The notes under the pieces: model-generated
The model's database searches: none
What the model was told of the DNA's origin: nothing
Seen by the model: the letters and a program-made list of their open reading frames with translations, nothing else
Shown here: in pieces, positions 20,784 through 30,041 of the stretch
How positions within the stretch are numbered: position 1 is the stretch's first letter
Layout of the letters: every line of letters starts with the position of its first letter
Origin: an uncultured Thermodesulfobacteriota bacterium
GTDB taxonomy: Bacteria; Desulfobacterota; GWC2-55-46; JADFVP01
DNA length: 64,000 bases
Assembly (NCBI GenBank): GCA_964472295.1
Contig: CAYYJQ010000001.1
Span: 85,313-149,312 of the forward strand
Direction of reading: 5' to 3'
Made by a program: the position numbers and the translations under genes

Positions 20784-22187
20784 TCAGAGCGCCTTGAGAT
20801 TTTTTGTGCCTTCTTCCTTCTTGAGGAGTTCAAGGAGCGCCACACCCGCCTTCCAGACGTCTCCCGCCCCCAGTGTTATGACAAGGTCTCCGCCACGGAC
20901 AAGGCCCTTAAGGTGGGCGGGCACGTCCTCTATATTCTTTATATAGGTCACGTCCTTGTGGCCGTGTTCCTTTATGGCGCCGCAGAGCGCCATGCCGTCA
21001 ACTCCCTCAATGGGTTCTTCACACGCGGCGTAGATGTCCGTGACAATCAGGGTATCCACGTCATTGAAGGCCGAGAGAAAGTCGTTGAAGAGGTCTGCTG
21101 TCCTCGAAAACCTGTGGGGCTGGAATACGGCTACTATCCTCTTCTTGAAACTCTGCTTCGCCCCGGCGAGCACGGCCTTTATCTCCTCGGGGTGGTGTCC
21201 GTAGTCGTCTATTACAGTGACGCCGCCCGCCGAGCCCCGCACATGGAATCTTCTTTCCACGCCGGCAAAGGACTCAAGCCCTTTTTTTACGCCCTCAAAG
21301 CCTGTTCCAAGCTCAAGGGCCACCGCGGCCGCGGCAAGGGCGTTCTGCACATTGTGCCTGCCAGGGAGCCTCATGGTGATACTGCCCATCATGGCGCCAG
21401 AGACATAGAGGTCAAAGGTGGTCTCCATGCCCTTGTAGACAATATTGGCCCCATGCACATCGGCCTGCGCCGCGAGCCCGTAGGTAAGAAAACGCCTTGT
21501 AACGTGGGGCAGAAGCCCCTGTATGGCCGGGTGGTCAAGACAGAGTATGGCGCAACCATAAAAAGGGACCTTGTTCATGAAACCAAGATATGCCTCGAAG
21601 ACCTCGTCCATGGAGGCGTAATGGTTCATGTGCTCGCGGTCTATGTTTGTCACAACAGCGATGGTGGGCGAGAGTTTGAGGAAACTCCCATCAGACTCGT
21701 CGGCCTCGGCCACAAGGATGTCTCCCTTTCCAAGACGGGCATTCGCGCCAAGGCTGTTGAGCTTTCCGCCTGTCACCACCGTGGGGTCAAGGCCCGAGGC
21801 GGCCAGTATGGAGGCCACAAGGGACGTTGTCGTGGTCTTGCCGTGCGTGCCCGCGATGGCTATGCCATACTTCATGCGCATGAGTTCGGCGAGCATCTCG
21901 GCCCTCGGTATAATGGGTATCTTGGCCGTTGCCGCCGCCGTGAGCTCGATATTATCGGGCCTCACAGCCGAGGAATAGACCACGCACTGGGCCCCGCGTA
22001 TGTTCTCTTCACCGTGCCCTATATGTATGGAGGCCCCGAGTCCCTCGAGCCTCTTTATGGTGGCCGAGCGCGCGATGTCCGAGCCCGATACCTCGTAACC
22101 AAGGTTCAGAAGGACCTCTGCTATGCCGTTCATGCCAGACCCGCCTATGCCCACGAAATGAATCCTCTTTATCCTTCCCCTGTACAT
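20784..22187 (-). CDS. murC: UDP-N-acetylmuramate--L-alanine ligase
   Basis: HFVGIGGSGM, GTHGKTTTT, EADESDGSF, DDYGHHP, FQPHR; start at ATG 22187. Confidence 0.98.
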   Translation of the reverse strand: MYRGRIKRIHFVGIGGSGMNGIAEVLLNLGYEVSGSDIARSATIKRLEGLGASIHIGHGEENIRGAQCVVYSSAVRPDNIELTAAATAKIPIIPRAEMLAELMRMKYGIAIAGTHGKTTTTSLVASILAASGLDPTVVTGGKLNSLGANARLGKGDILVAEADESDGSFLKLSPTIAVVTNIDREHMNHYASMDEVFEAYLGFMNKVPFYGCAILCLDHPAIQGLLPHVTRRFLTYGLAAQADVHGANIVYKGMETTFDLYVSGAMMGSITMRLPGRHNVQNALAAAAVALELGTGFEGVKKGLESFAGVERRFHVRGSAGGVTVIDDYGHHPEEIKAVLAGAKQSFKKRIVAVFQPHRFSRTADLFNDFLSAFNDVDTLIVTDIYAACEEPIEGVDGMALCGAIKEHGHKDVTYIKNIEDVPAHLKGLVRGGDLVITLGAGDVWKAGVALLELLKKEEGTKNLKAL

Positions 22188-22244
22188 GCTCTTCGCCTCT
22201 TTTAGATTGGGGAACCCCTGAAAAATCAAGAAGTTCCTTAAGGG

Positions 22245-23384
22245 TTACGTTGCCGCGGTGACCTGAACCTCGCCCTTCATTTTCAGAAGGTTCATGAAGT
22301 CATCGACTATTACCGCCGCCGCCTCGGGCCTCCCGAGGGCGCGCGCCTTCTTTCTCGTCTTCTCGAGCCTCCCGGGGTCTTCATAGAACTGCCTGATGCT
22401 CTCGGCGAGAGACCTGCCCGTGAGTTTTTCCTGCGGTATCATCACCGCGGCCCCGCCGTCCACCATGCACCTCGCGTTCACCTCCTGGTGGTTGTCCGAG
22501 GCGAATGGATAGGGCACGAGTATTGAGACAAGGCCAAATGCCGCTATCTCGGCCATGGACGTTGCCCCTGCCCTGCATATGACAAGGTCCGCCGAGGCAT
22601 AGGCGTCGGCCATGAAGTCTATGAATTTGTAGAGCCGCACCTTGAGTTTCTTTCTCTCGTAGGACTCCTTTACAAAGCCATATCCCTGCTCTCCAGTCTG
22701 GTGTATGACATCAAGGTCCTTCCATATATCCGTAAGATACTCCGTGGCGTCGAGAAAGGCCGCGTTTATTGCTGTTGCGCCCTGGCTCCCGCCAAAGACG
22801 AGTATGGTAAAGGGCCTCTTTCCCCTCGCCTTCCCTGTCCCGTGGTCCATGGCGGCGGCCTTCTTGATTATCTCCCGCCTCATTGGGTTGCCGGCAAGGA
22901 GTACCTTTCCGGGAGGGAAAAACCTCCCTGCCTCGGGAAAGGCCGTGTAGACCCTCCCGACCACGCGGCCAAGGAGCCTGTTGGTAAGCCCGGCAAGTGC
23001 GTTCTGCTCCATGATGGCCGTCTTTATTCCAAGGAGCCTTGCCGCAAGGACCACGGGCGCCGAGGAATAGGCCCCTGAGCCTATTACGCCGTCAGGCCGT
23101 ATTTTCCGAAGCATCTTCAGGGCCCTTACAGTGGCTGTCACCACCTTTATTACTGCCCTCACCCTCTTTATGCCATGGCCGCCCTTCAGGCCCTCCACAT
23201 CAAGGAGTGTAAGGTGATAGCCATATCCCGGCACTATCTTCTCCTCGAGCCCGCCCCTTACGCCCACGAACTCCACCTCCACAGAGGAATCGCGTCTCCT
23301 GAATTCCTCGGCAAGGGCTATGGCGGGGAAAAGATGCCCGCCCGTGCCTCCTCCTGCCATTACAAACTTCAATACAGCCCCCAT
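22245..23384 (-). CDS. murG: Undecaprenyl-PP-MurNAc-pentapeptide GlcNAc transferase
   Basis: GGGTGGHLFP, EQN, GNP.R, GGSQGA, CRAGA, HQ..NA. Confidence 0.98.
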   Translation of the reverse strand: MGAVLKFVMAGGGTGGHLFPAIALAEEFRRRDSSVEVEFVGVRGGLEEKIVPGYGYHLTLLDVEGLKGGHGIKRVRAVIKVVTATVRALKMLRKIRPDGVIGSGAYSSAPVVLAARLLGIKTAIMEQNALAGLTNRLLGRVVGRVYTAFPEAGRFFPPGKVLLAGNPMRREIIKKAAAMDHGTGKARGKRPFTILVFGGSQGATAINAAFLDATEYLTDIWKDLDVIHQTGEQGYGFVKESYERKKLKVRLYKFIDFMADAYASADLVICRAGATSMAEIAAFGLVSILVPYPFASDNHQEVNARCMVDGGAAVMIPQEKLTGRSLAESIRQFYEDPGRLEKTRKKARALGRPEAAAVIVDDFMNLLKMKGEVQVTAAT

Positions 23385-23397
23385 GCAAGCGTATAGG

Positions 23398-24510
23398 TCA
23401 TGAAGAAGCCTCGTTCTGAAGTATGTAGATATTCAAGAGTATTCCCACTGCTATCATATTTATTACAAGGGAAGTGCCGCCGTAACTTATAAATGGAAGG
23501 GTCAGGCCCTTTGGCGGCAGAAGCCCCATGACAACGGCCATGTTCACCGCGGCCTGCATGGCCACCATAATCGTAAGCCCCAGCGCGAGGTAGGCACCGA
23601 AGAGGTCCTTTGCCTTGAGCGCTATCTTTACGCCGGAGATAAGAAAGACAACGTAAAATAAAATTACGAGCCCCACGCCCACAAGGCCCAGTTCCTCTCC
23701 TATGACGGAGAGTATGAAGTCTGTATGGGCCTCGGGAAGATAGAAGAGTTTCTGCATGCCCTCTCCAAGCCCCACGCCCGTAACCCCTCCGGAGCCAAAG
23801 GCGATAAAGGACTGCACCATCTGAAAACCCGCTCCCCGGGCGTCCTTCCATGGATCAAGAAAGACCATTATCCTCCTACCCATGTAGGCGTACCTCGTTA
23901 TTACGATGTACACAAGGGGCAGGACTGGAATAAAGAGTCCCAGGAGGTATCGCAGTCTTACCCCCCCGATGAAGCACATGGTAAAGACCAGGGCCGAGAG
24001 GGTAAGAGAGGTCCCAAGGTCAGGCTCCATAAGCACGAGGAGGATAATAAGGCCGGGGATAATGATATTCGGGAGAAAGCCAAAGTAAAAATCCTTTATC
24101 TTCTCTACCCTCTTCGATAAGGAGTAGGCAAGAAAAACGACAACGGCAAGCTTGGCGGGCTCTGATGGCTGGAAGGCAAGGGGCCCGAGATGCACCCACC
24201 GCCTCGCGCCGCCCGCGCGAAAGCCTATGCCCGGCACATATATAAGGACAAGGAGGGCCGCCGCGATGATGAGAAGCGGGTACACGAGTTTGCCATAGAG
24301 CGTATAGGGTATGCGCGAGGCCGCAAGAAAGAGCACGAGCCCTGTGAAGGCGTAGACAAGGTGCTTCTTCATGAAGAAAAACTCATCTCCAAAGCGGTTC
24401 ATGGCCACGATGTAACTCGTGGAATAGACCATGACCACGCCCATTACGAGGAGCGCAAGGGCCGAGAGTATGAGAAACCTGTCTGTGTCCGTTCTTCTTA
24501 GTATGGCCAT
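23398..24510 (-). CDS. ftsW: Peptidoglycan polymerase FtsW
   Basis: GARRW, FQPSE, EPDLG, LPEAHTDFI, GEELG, LPFISYGG; start at ATG 24510. Confidence 0.97.
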   Translation of the reverse strand: MAILRRTDTDRFLILSALALLVMGVVMVYSTSYIVAMNRFGDEFFFMKKHLVYAFTGLVLFLAASRIPYTLYGKLVYPLLIIAAALLVLIYVPGIGFRAGGARRWVHLGPLAFQPSEPAKLAVVVFLAYSLSKRVEKIKDFYFGFLPNIIIPGLIILLVLMEPDLGTSLTLSALVFTMCFIGGVRLRYLLGLFIPVLPLVYIVITRYAYMGRRIMVFLDPWKDARGAGFQMVQSFIAFGSGGVTGVGLGEGMQKLFYLPEAHTDFILSVIGEELGLVGVGLVILFYVVFLISGVKIALKAKDLFGAYLALGLTIMVAMQAAVNMAVVMGLLPPKGLTLPFISYGGTSLVINMIAVGILLNIYILQNEASS

Positions 24511-24542
24511 AATATTCTTTTCCGGCTCAGCACCTTTTATGT

Positions 24543-25955
24543 TTATAAGGCCCGCACAAGGTCGCTGAAGCACTCGCCCCGCTCCTTGAAGTCGCGGAAC
24601 ATGTCAAAACTCGAGCACGCAGGCGACAAGAGCACCGTATCCCCTGCCTCGGCCTCGCTGGCCGCCATGCGCACCGCCTCTTCCATGGAAGAGGCCCTCT
24701 TCACTTCCACTATCCCTTTAAAGGCCTCTTCAAGCCTCTCTCCCGCCTCGCCAAGGGCGATAAGGAGCCTTAGTTTCCTGGCCGCCTCGGGGTAGAGCAC
24801 TGCATAATCACCGCCCTTGTCCCTGCCCCCTGCTATGAGGATTACAGGCGCCGGAGTGCCTTCAAGGGCTTTTTGAAGGGCCCCTGTGTTCGTGCCCTTG
24901 GAGTCGTTGACATAGCGCACGCCCCGTACTTCCCGCACAAGTTCCATCCTGTACCTGAGGCCCCTGAAGGCCTTGAAGCCGGAGATGACATCGTCTTTTC
25001 TTACGCCAGAGAGCCTGAGCGCCCCTATGGCGGCCATGGCGTTCTCCATATTGTGCCCGCCGCGAAGCCCGGGCCAGTCCATGGCGTATGACTCCACAAC
25101 GCCGTTATGGGCAAAGAATATCTCCCCTCCCTCATGCCATAGACCGGTGCGTACCGCCCCCTCGCAGGCAAATGGCACCCGCTCGCCCCCGCCCCTGCCC
25201 ACGCCCCGGAGCATCTCTTCTCTTATGAGGGGGTCTGCGGCGTTTACCACGGCATAGTCACCCTCTACCTGATTATCAAAGAGCCTGAGCTTCACAGAGG
25301 CGTACTCCTCGAAACCGCTGTATCTATCGAGGTGGTCGTCGGTAATGTTAAGGAGCAGTGCAATATGGGGGCTGAATTCCTCTATTGTCTCAAGTTGAAA
25401 ACTGCTCACCTCAAGTACGCAGAGCTTCGCCGGGTCCTCGTCCAGAAAATAATCAAGGGCAGGGGTCCCGATGTTGCCCCCTACAAAGACGCTCATGCCG
25501 GCCCTTTTCATGACCTCACCTATAAGAGTAGTAACAGTGCTCTTGCCGTTTGTCCCGGCAACGGCTATTATGGGCACACTTATAAAGCGGGCGGCAAGCT
25601 CAAGGGCGCCTATTACCTCTATGCCCTCTCTCCTTGCCTCCTCAAGAAAGGGCGCCCTTGCGGGCACGCCCGGGCTTATTACAACAAGGTCGGCCCTGGT
25701 GACATCTTCAACTCCAGTGGTCCCGGCCTTTATGACGGCCCCCTCTGCCCTTAGTTCGTCCATGTCCCCAAGGTCAGCCTCGCCGCGCGTGTCAGTGGCC
25801 GTCACGGTAGCGCCGCTTTGAAGAAGAAACCTTGCCGCCGAACGCCCCGTAACACCGAGCCCCACTACAAGTACGCGCCTTCTTGAAAGGGCTTCGCGCG
25901 GGTCCGCGCCCCCTTGCCGCGCTCTTTTCTCTTCCATCTCAACGGCCATGTTCAT
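24543..25955 (-). CDS. murD: UDP-MurNAc-L-Ala--D-glutamate ligase
   Basis: GLGVTG, SPGVP, GTNGKST, GGNIG, EVSSFQL, NDSKGTN, SPACSSFD. Confidence 0.98.
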   Translation of the reverse strand: MNMAVEMEEKRARQGGADPREALSRRRVLVVGLGVTGRSAARFLLQSGATVTATDTRGEADLGDMDELRAEGAVIKAGTTGVEDVTRADLVVISPGVPARAPFLEEARREGIEVIGALELAARFISVPIIAVAGTNGKSTVTTLIGEVMKRAGMSVFVGGNIGTPALDYFLDEDPAKLCVLEVSSFQLETIEEFSPHIALLLNITDDHLDRYSGFEEYASVKLRLFDNQVEGDYAVVNAADPLIREEMLRGVGRGGGERVPFACEGAVRTGLWHEGGEIFFAHNGVVESYAMDWPGLRGGHNMENAMAAIGALRLSGVRKDDVISGFKAFRGLRYRMELVREVRGVRYVNDSKGTNTGALQKALEGTPAPVILIAGGRDKGGDYAVLYPEAARKLRLLIALGEAGERLEEAFKGIVEVKRASSMEEAVRMAASEAEAGDTVLLSPACSSFDMFRDFKERGECFSDLVRAL

Positions 25956-25968
25956 TGCTCCTGCGCCC

Positions 25969-27042
25969 CTACCTTATCTTCAGAGTACTTACAGCTATAA
26001 GCGCCAGTATTATTGAAATAATCCAGAACCTTACGATTATCTTCGGCTCTGCCCAGCCCTTGAGTTCATAATGGTGATGAATGGGGGCCATGGCAAAGAC
26101 GCGCTTTCCCGTTAATTTAAAGGAGCCCACCTGAAACATCACGGAGAGGGCCTCGACCACGAATATCCCGCCGACGATAAGGAGGAGTGCCTCCTGCTTG
26201 GTCATGACGGCTATGGTCCCAAGGGCCCCGCCAAGGGAGAGCGAGCCCACGTCCCCCATGAAGACCTGCGCCGGGTATGTATTGAACCAGAGGAAACCAA
26301 GACTTGCCCCAACCACGGCCCCGGCAAAGACCGTTACCTCCGCCGCGTTGGCTACGTGGAGGATATGAAGGTATGAGGCTATCTTCACATGGCCCGTCAC
26401 ATAGGCAAGGAGCATGTAAGTGCCCATGGAAATTATCATGGGGCCTATGGCGAGCCCGTCAAGGCCGTCCGTAAGGTTAACGGCGTTCGAGGAGCCCACA
26501 ATCACGAGCATTACAAAGGGCACGTAGAGGAACTTAAGGTCAAAGGCCACGTCCTTGAAGAAGGGTATGGTCACCACTGTGTCAAAACCCGCGCCATAGA
26601 GGAAGAGGGCCGCCACAAGGGCCACCACCATCTGAAGGCCAAGTTTCGAGGCCGCGCTTAGCCCCTTCTTGTCCCTCTTTCTTACCTTCTTCACGTCATC
26701 CACAAGGCCGATGATACCCATGCCCATTGTGACGAAGAGGAGGAGCCAGACAAAGGAATCAGAGAAGTTCCCCCAGAGGGCCACGGAAAAGAAGACCACT
26801 GTGAGGATTATGGCGCCGCCCATTGTGGGCGTCCCCTCCTTCACGGCATGTGTCGGCGGGCCGTCGCTCCTTACCACCTCCTGTGCCTTCAGCATCTTGA
26901 GTTTCCTTATAAGGTATGGCCCCATCACAAAGCTCAGGACCAGCGATGTAACCGCCGCGTATATGGTCCTGAACGTAATGTACTGAAAGACGTTGAAGAT
27001 CGTATGGTACTTTGCGAGGGGAAATAAAAAGTAATAGAACAT
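25969..27042 (-). CDS. mraY: Phospho-MurNAc-pentapeptide transferase
   Basis: GTPTMGG, NAVNLTDGLDGL, FMGDVGSL, APIHHHYE. Confidence 0.98.
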   Translation of the reverse strand: MFYYFLFPLAKYHTIFNVFQYITFRTIYAAVTSLVLSFVMGPYLIRKLKMLKAQEVVRSDGPPTHAVKEGTPTMGGAIILTVVFFSVALWGNFSDSFVWLLLFVTMGMGIIGLVDDVKKVRKRDKKGLSAASKLGLQMVVALVAALFLYGAGFDTVVTIPFFKDVAFDLKFLYVPFVMLVIVGSSNAVNLTDGLDGLAIGPMIISMGTYMLLAYVTGHVKIASYLHILHVANAAEVTVFAGAVVGASLGFLWFNTYPAQVFMGDVGSLSLGGALGTIAVMTKQEALLLIVGGIFVVEALSVMFQVGSFKLTGKRVFAMAPIHHHYELKGWAEPKIIVRFWIISIILALIAVSTLKIR

Positions 27043-27048
27043 CTTCTC

Positions 27049-28467
27049 TTAACCACATGCCTCGCGAGAGGCACCCCCTCTGCTCTTAAGTCCTTCAGTA
27101 ATTAACTCAAGCCCCGCAGCCCTCGAAGCCTTTACAAGGACCACGTCACCATCCTGTAATATCTCGCCGGAGAGCGCACCGAGGGCCGCTGTTTTATCCT
27201 CGAATACAAATACCCGCCCCTCGGGAGCGCCGCCTTCCACCGCCCCGCTGGCTACCTCGGCGGCCATGGCGCCCACGGCCACTATAATATCCACGCCAAG
27301 GGACGCGGCGCGTCTTCCCGCCTCGACATGGGCCTCCTTTGCGCCCCTGCCAAGTTCATGCATATCACCTATGACGGCGACCTTTCTTCCCTCTGTATCC
27401 TTCAAGGTCTCAAGGGCCGCAAGGAGAGAATCAGGGTTGGCGTTGTAAGTATCGTCAAGGAGGGTTATCCAGCCAAGCCTTGTGACCTCCATCCTCCGGC
27501 CAAGCCCCCTGTAGGCCCCAAGTCCCTCGCGTATGTCATCAAGATACACACCAAGGGGGAGCACGGCGGCTATGGCGGCAAGGGCGTTCTCTACATTGAA
27601 GAGCCCCGGAACCCCGAGTTCGACATCGAATATCTGGCCCCTTACATCAAGGGTCATGCAGACGCCGCCAAGCCTTCCGAGGCTTCTACTGTCAACGAGG
27701 CGGACATCGGCCATCCTGCCGGTGCTGAAGGTCACGCACCTCGCCGCCTGAGTGGTCTCGGCCCCAAGCCCCGCGGCCTTCACCGCAAGGGGATCGTCAA
27801 GGTTGACCGCCTTTACGCACCCTGGGCCTGCCTCTGTATAAAGGAGACCTTTTTCATGGGCGATTTCATTAATATCCTTAAAATTCTCGAGGTGCGCCCT
27901 CCTGATATTGGTAAGGAGGGCCACGTCCGGGGCGGCTATTTCCACAAGGCGCTCCATCTCTCCCGGCTCGCTTATGCCGAGCTCTACCACGGCGGCGCTG
28001 TGCCAGCCCCTTAGCCCCGTAAGGGTAAGGGGAAGACCTATGAGGTTATTCCTGTTGCCCTCTGTCTTGAGTGTGGAACGGTCCCGCGATAGTATGGCGG
28101 CTATCATCTCCTTGGTCGTGGTTTTTCCAGTGCTGCCCCCAACGGCTACAAGGGGTGTCCTGTAGCGTCTTCTCATAAAGGCGCCGAGGGCGCCGAGGGC
28201 ACGGACCGTATCCTCGACCTCGATGACGCAGGCGCCGCCCTCATACCCTGCCGCCGCGCCCCTTGAGGCTACGACTCCAACGGCCCCTTTCTTGATGGCC
28301 TCTCCTATGAACTCATTACCATCGAAACGCGGCCCCTTGATGGCGAAGAAGACCTCACCCTCTTTTATGGTGCGCGTGTCAATGGAGACACCGCTTGCCT
28401 CGATATTTCCGCACGCCACAGGCCCCTTCCCCGAGGCGGCCTCTACTATATCGCTGAGTTTAATCAA
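27049..28467 (-). CDS. murF: UDP-MurNAc-tripeptide--D-Ala-D-Ala ligase
   Basis: IDTR, GSTGKTTTKE, NNLIGLP, DDTYNANP, GDMHELG, VKASR. Confidence 0.97.
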   Translation of the reverse strand: MIKLSDIVEAASGKGPVACGNIEASGVSIDTRTIKEGEVFFAIKGPRFDGNEFIGEAIKKGAVGVVASRGAAAGYEGGACVIEVEDTVRALGALGAFMRRRYRTPLVAVGGSTGKTTTKEMIAAILSRDRSTLKTEGNRNNLIGLPLTLTGLRGWHSAAVVELGISEPGEMERLVEIAAPDVALLTNIRRAHLENFKDINEIAHEKGLLYTEAGPGCVKAVNLDDPLAVKAAGLGAETTQAARCVTFSTGRMADVRLVDSRSLGRLGGVCMTLDVRGQIFDVELGVPGLFNVENALAAIAAVLPLGVYLDDIREGLGAYRGLGRRMEVTRLGWITLLDDTYNANPDSLLAALETLKDTEGRKVAVIGDMHELGRGAKEAHVEAGRRAASLGVDIIVAVGAMAAEVASGAVEGGAPEGRVFVFEDKTAALGALSGEILQDGDVVLVKASRAAGLELITEGLKSRGGASREACG

Positions 28468-30008
28468 CTGAGTTCCCTCATTGCCCTTGATATTTCAACG
28501 GAATCCTTAAAAGGCGTCCTCTTGCCCTTTACTATCTGGTAATCCTCGTGTCCCTTTCCGGCCACAAGTATAATATCGCCTTCACGGGCCGACCTTACGG
28601 CCGCTCTTATGGCCTCGCCACGCTCCGGCAGGACGGCATAGACCTTCTCGCCCATGGGGATATTCTTTAAAGAGCCCTCTTTTACGCTCACCTTTTTTAT
28701 CCCTCCAAGGCCCGCCTCAATATCCTCTATTATCTCCAGAGGGTCCTCGTCCCTGGGGTTATCAGAGGTAACTATAATAATATCAGCGTATCTTGCCCCG
28801 GCCTCCGCCATCTCGGGCCTCTTTGTCCTGTCTCTATTCCCTCCGCACCCGAAGACAAGTATTACGCGCCCGCTCCGGCCCGCCTCCTGATTCATCTCCC
28901 TTACGGTCTCGAGGAGACGAAGAAGGGCGTCCGGCGTATGGGCGTAATCCACATAGGCCCTGAACGGGAGATCCTGGCCGACTGGTCTTATCTCCTCGAA
29001 TCTTCCCGGCGCTCCCGTAAATTCTCTTATGCCCTTTTCTACGAGAGCCCTCTCAATACCGAGCCCAGAGGCCGCGCCTATGACCGAGAGGATGTTCTCG
29101 AGGTTGAACCTTCCCGTAACCCTTGTTGAGACCGAGACCTGTCCCCTTGGCGTTGATACGAGGGCCTCTATGCCGTCGGGCGTAATGGCATGGCCCAGCG
29201 GGCGCACATCGGCGTCTTCCGAGAAACCCGTTGTAATGGGCCGGGGCGCCTTTTCGGCAAGCCTTCTGCCAGAGGGGTCGTCAATGTTTATGACCGAGAA
29301 GCCCCTGTCTTTAAGGAGACTGAAGAGACGGGACTTTGCCTGAAAGTACTCTTCTTCAGTCTCATGATAATCCATGTGCTCGTGCGTAAGGTTCGTAAAG
29401 ACAGCGGCGTCAAAGGCGCACCCGTCTACCCTTTTCTGGTCAAGGCCATGAGACGACACCTCCATGGCGCAGTGCGTCACCCCGGCCCCTCTCATATCCC
29501 GAAGAAGCCTCTGCAGGCGCGGGGCCCCCGGCGTGGTGTTCGGCGCGGGAAGGGTCTTGCCGCCAAATCTGTAATTCACGGTGCCCACAACCCCGGGTGA
29601 GAACCCCGAGGCCCTGAAAATCGCCTCAAGAAGATAGGTTACAGTGGTCTTTCCGTTTGTTCCCGTAACCCCAACGAGGGTAAGCGCCTTGGATGGCTCG
29701 CCGTATATCGCCGAAGAGGCCCGTCCAATGGCCTCCCGCACGCTGGGGACCAGGATCTCCACTTCTGCCCTGTCTTTATAATCATCTCCAAGGGGCCTCT
29801 CGGTAAGGACGCACCGCGCGCCCCTATCGAGTGCCTCGCCAATGAAGTCGTATCCGTCAAGGCGTTGCCCCGGCACGGCGGCAAAGAGGCATCTGCCGCC
29901 TTCGAGAAGAGGGGACCTCGAGTCAGAGGTAATGTCCATTACTTCCATATCCTCGGGACCGGTTATCACGCAACCCTCCACCAGGTCTCTCAGTTCTCTT
30001 GCCTTCAT
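28464..30008 (-). CDS. murE: UDP-MurNAc-dipeptide--meso-DAP ligase
   Basis: GTNGKTT, MEVSSH, VDYAHTPD, FGCGG, DNPR (mDAP-type), AGKGHE. Confidence 0.98.
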   Translation of the reverse strand: MKARELRDLVEGCVITGPEDMEVMDITSDSRSPLLEGGRCLFAAVPGQRLDGYDFIGEALDRGARCVLTERPLGDDYKDRAEVEILVPSVREAIGRASSAIYGEPSKALTLVGVTGTNGKTTVTYLLEAIFRASGFSPGVVGTVNYRFGGKTLPAPNTTPGAPRLQRLLRDMRGAGVTHCAMEVSSHGLDQKRVDGCAFDAAVFTNLTHEHMDYHETEEEYFQAKSRLFSLLKDRGFSVINIDDPSGRRLAEKAPRPITTGFSEDADVRPLGHAITPDGIEALVSTPRGQVSVSTRVTGRFNLENILSVIGAASGLGIERALVEKGIREFTGAPGRFEEIRPVGQDLPFRAYVDYAHTPDALLRLLETVREMNQEAGRSGRVILVFGCGGNRDRTKRPEMAEAGARYADIIIVTSDNPRDEDPLEIIEDIEAGLGGIKKVSVKEGSLKNIPMGEKVYAVLPERGEAIRAAVRSAREGDIILVAGKGHEDYQIVKGKRTPFKDSVEISRAMRELS

Positions 30009-30041
30009 CCACTGTCTCTGGCCATGACCGGGCCTCGCGCC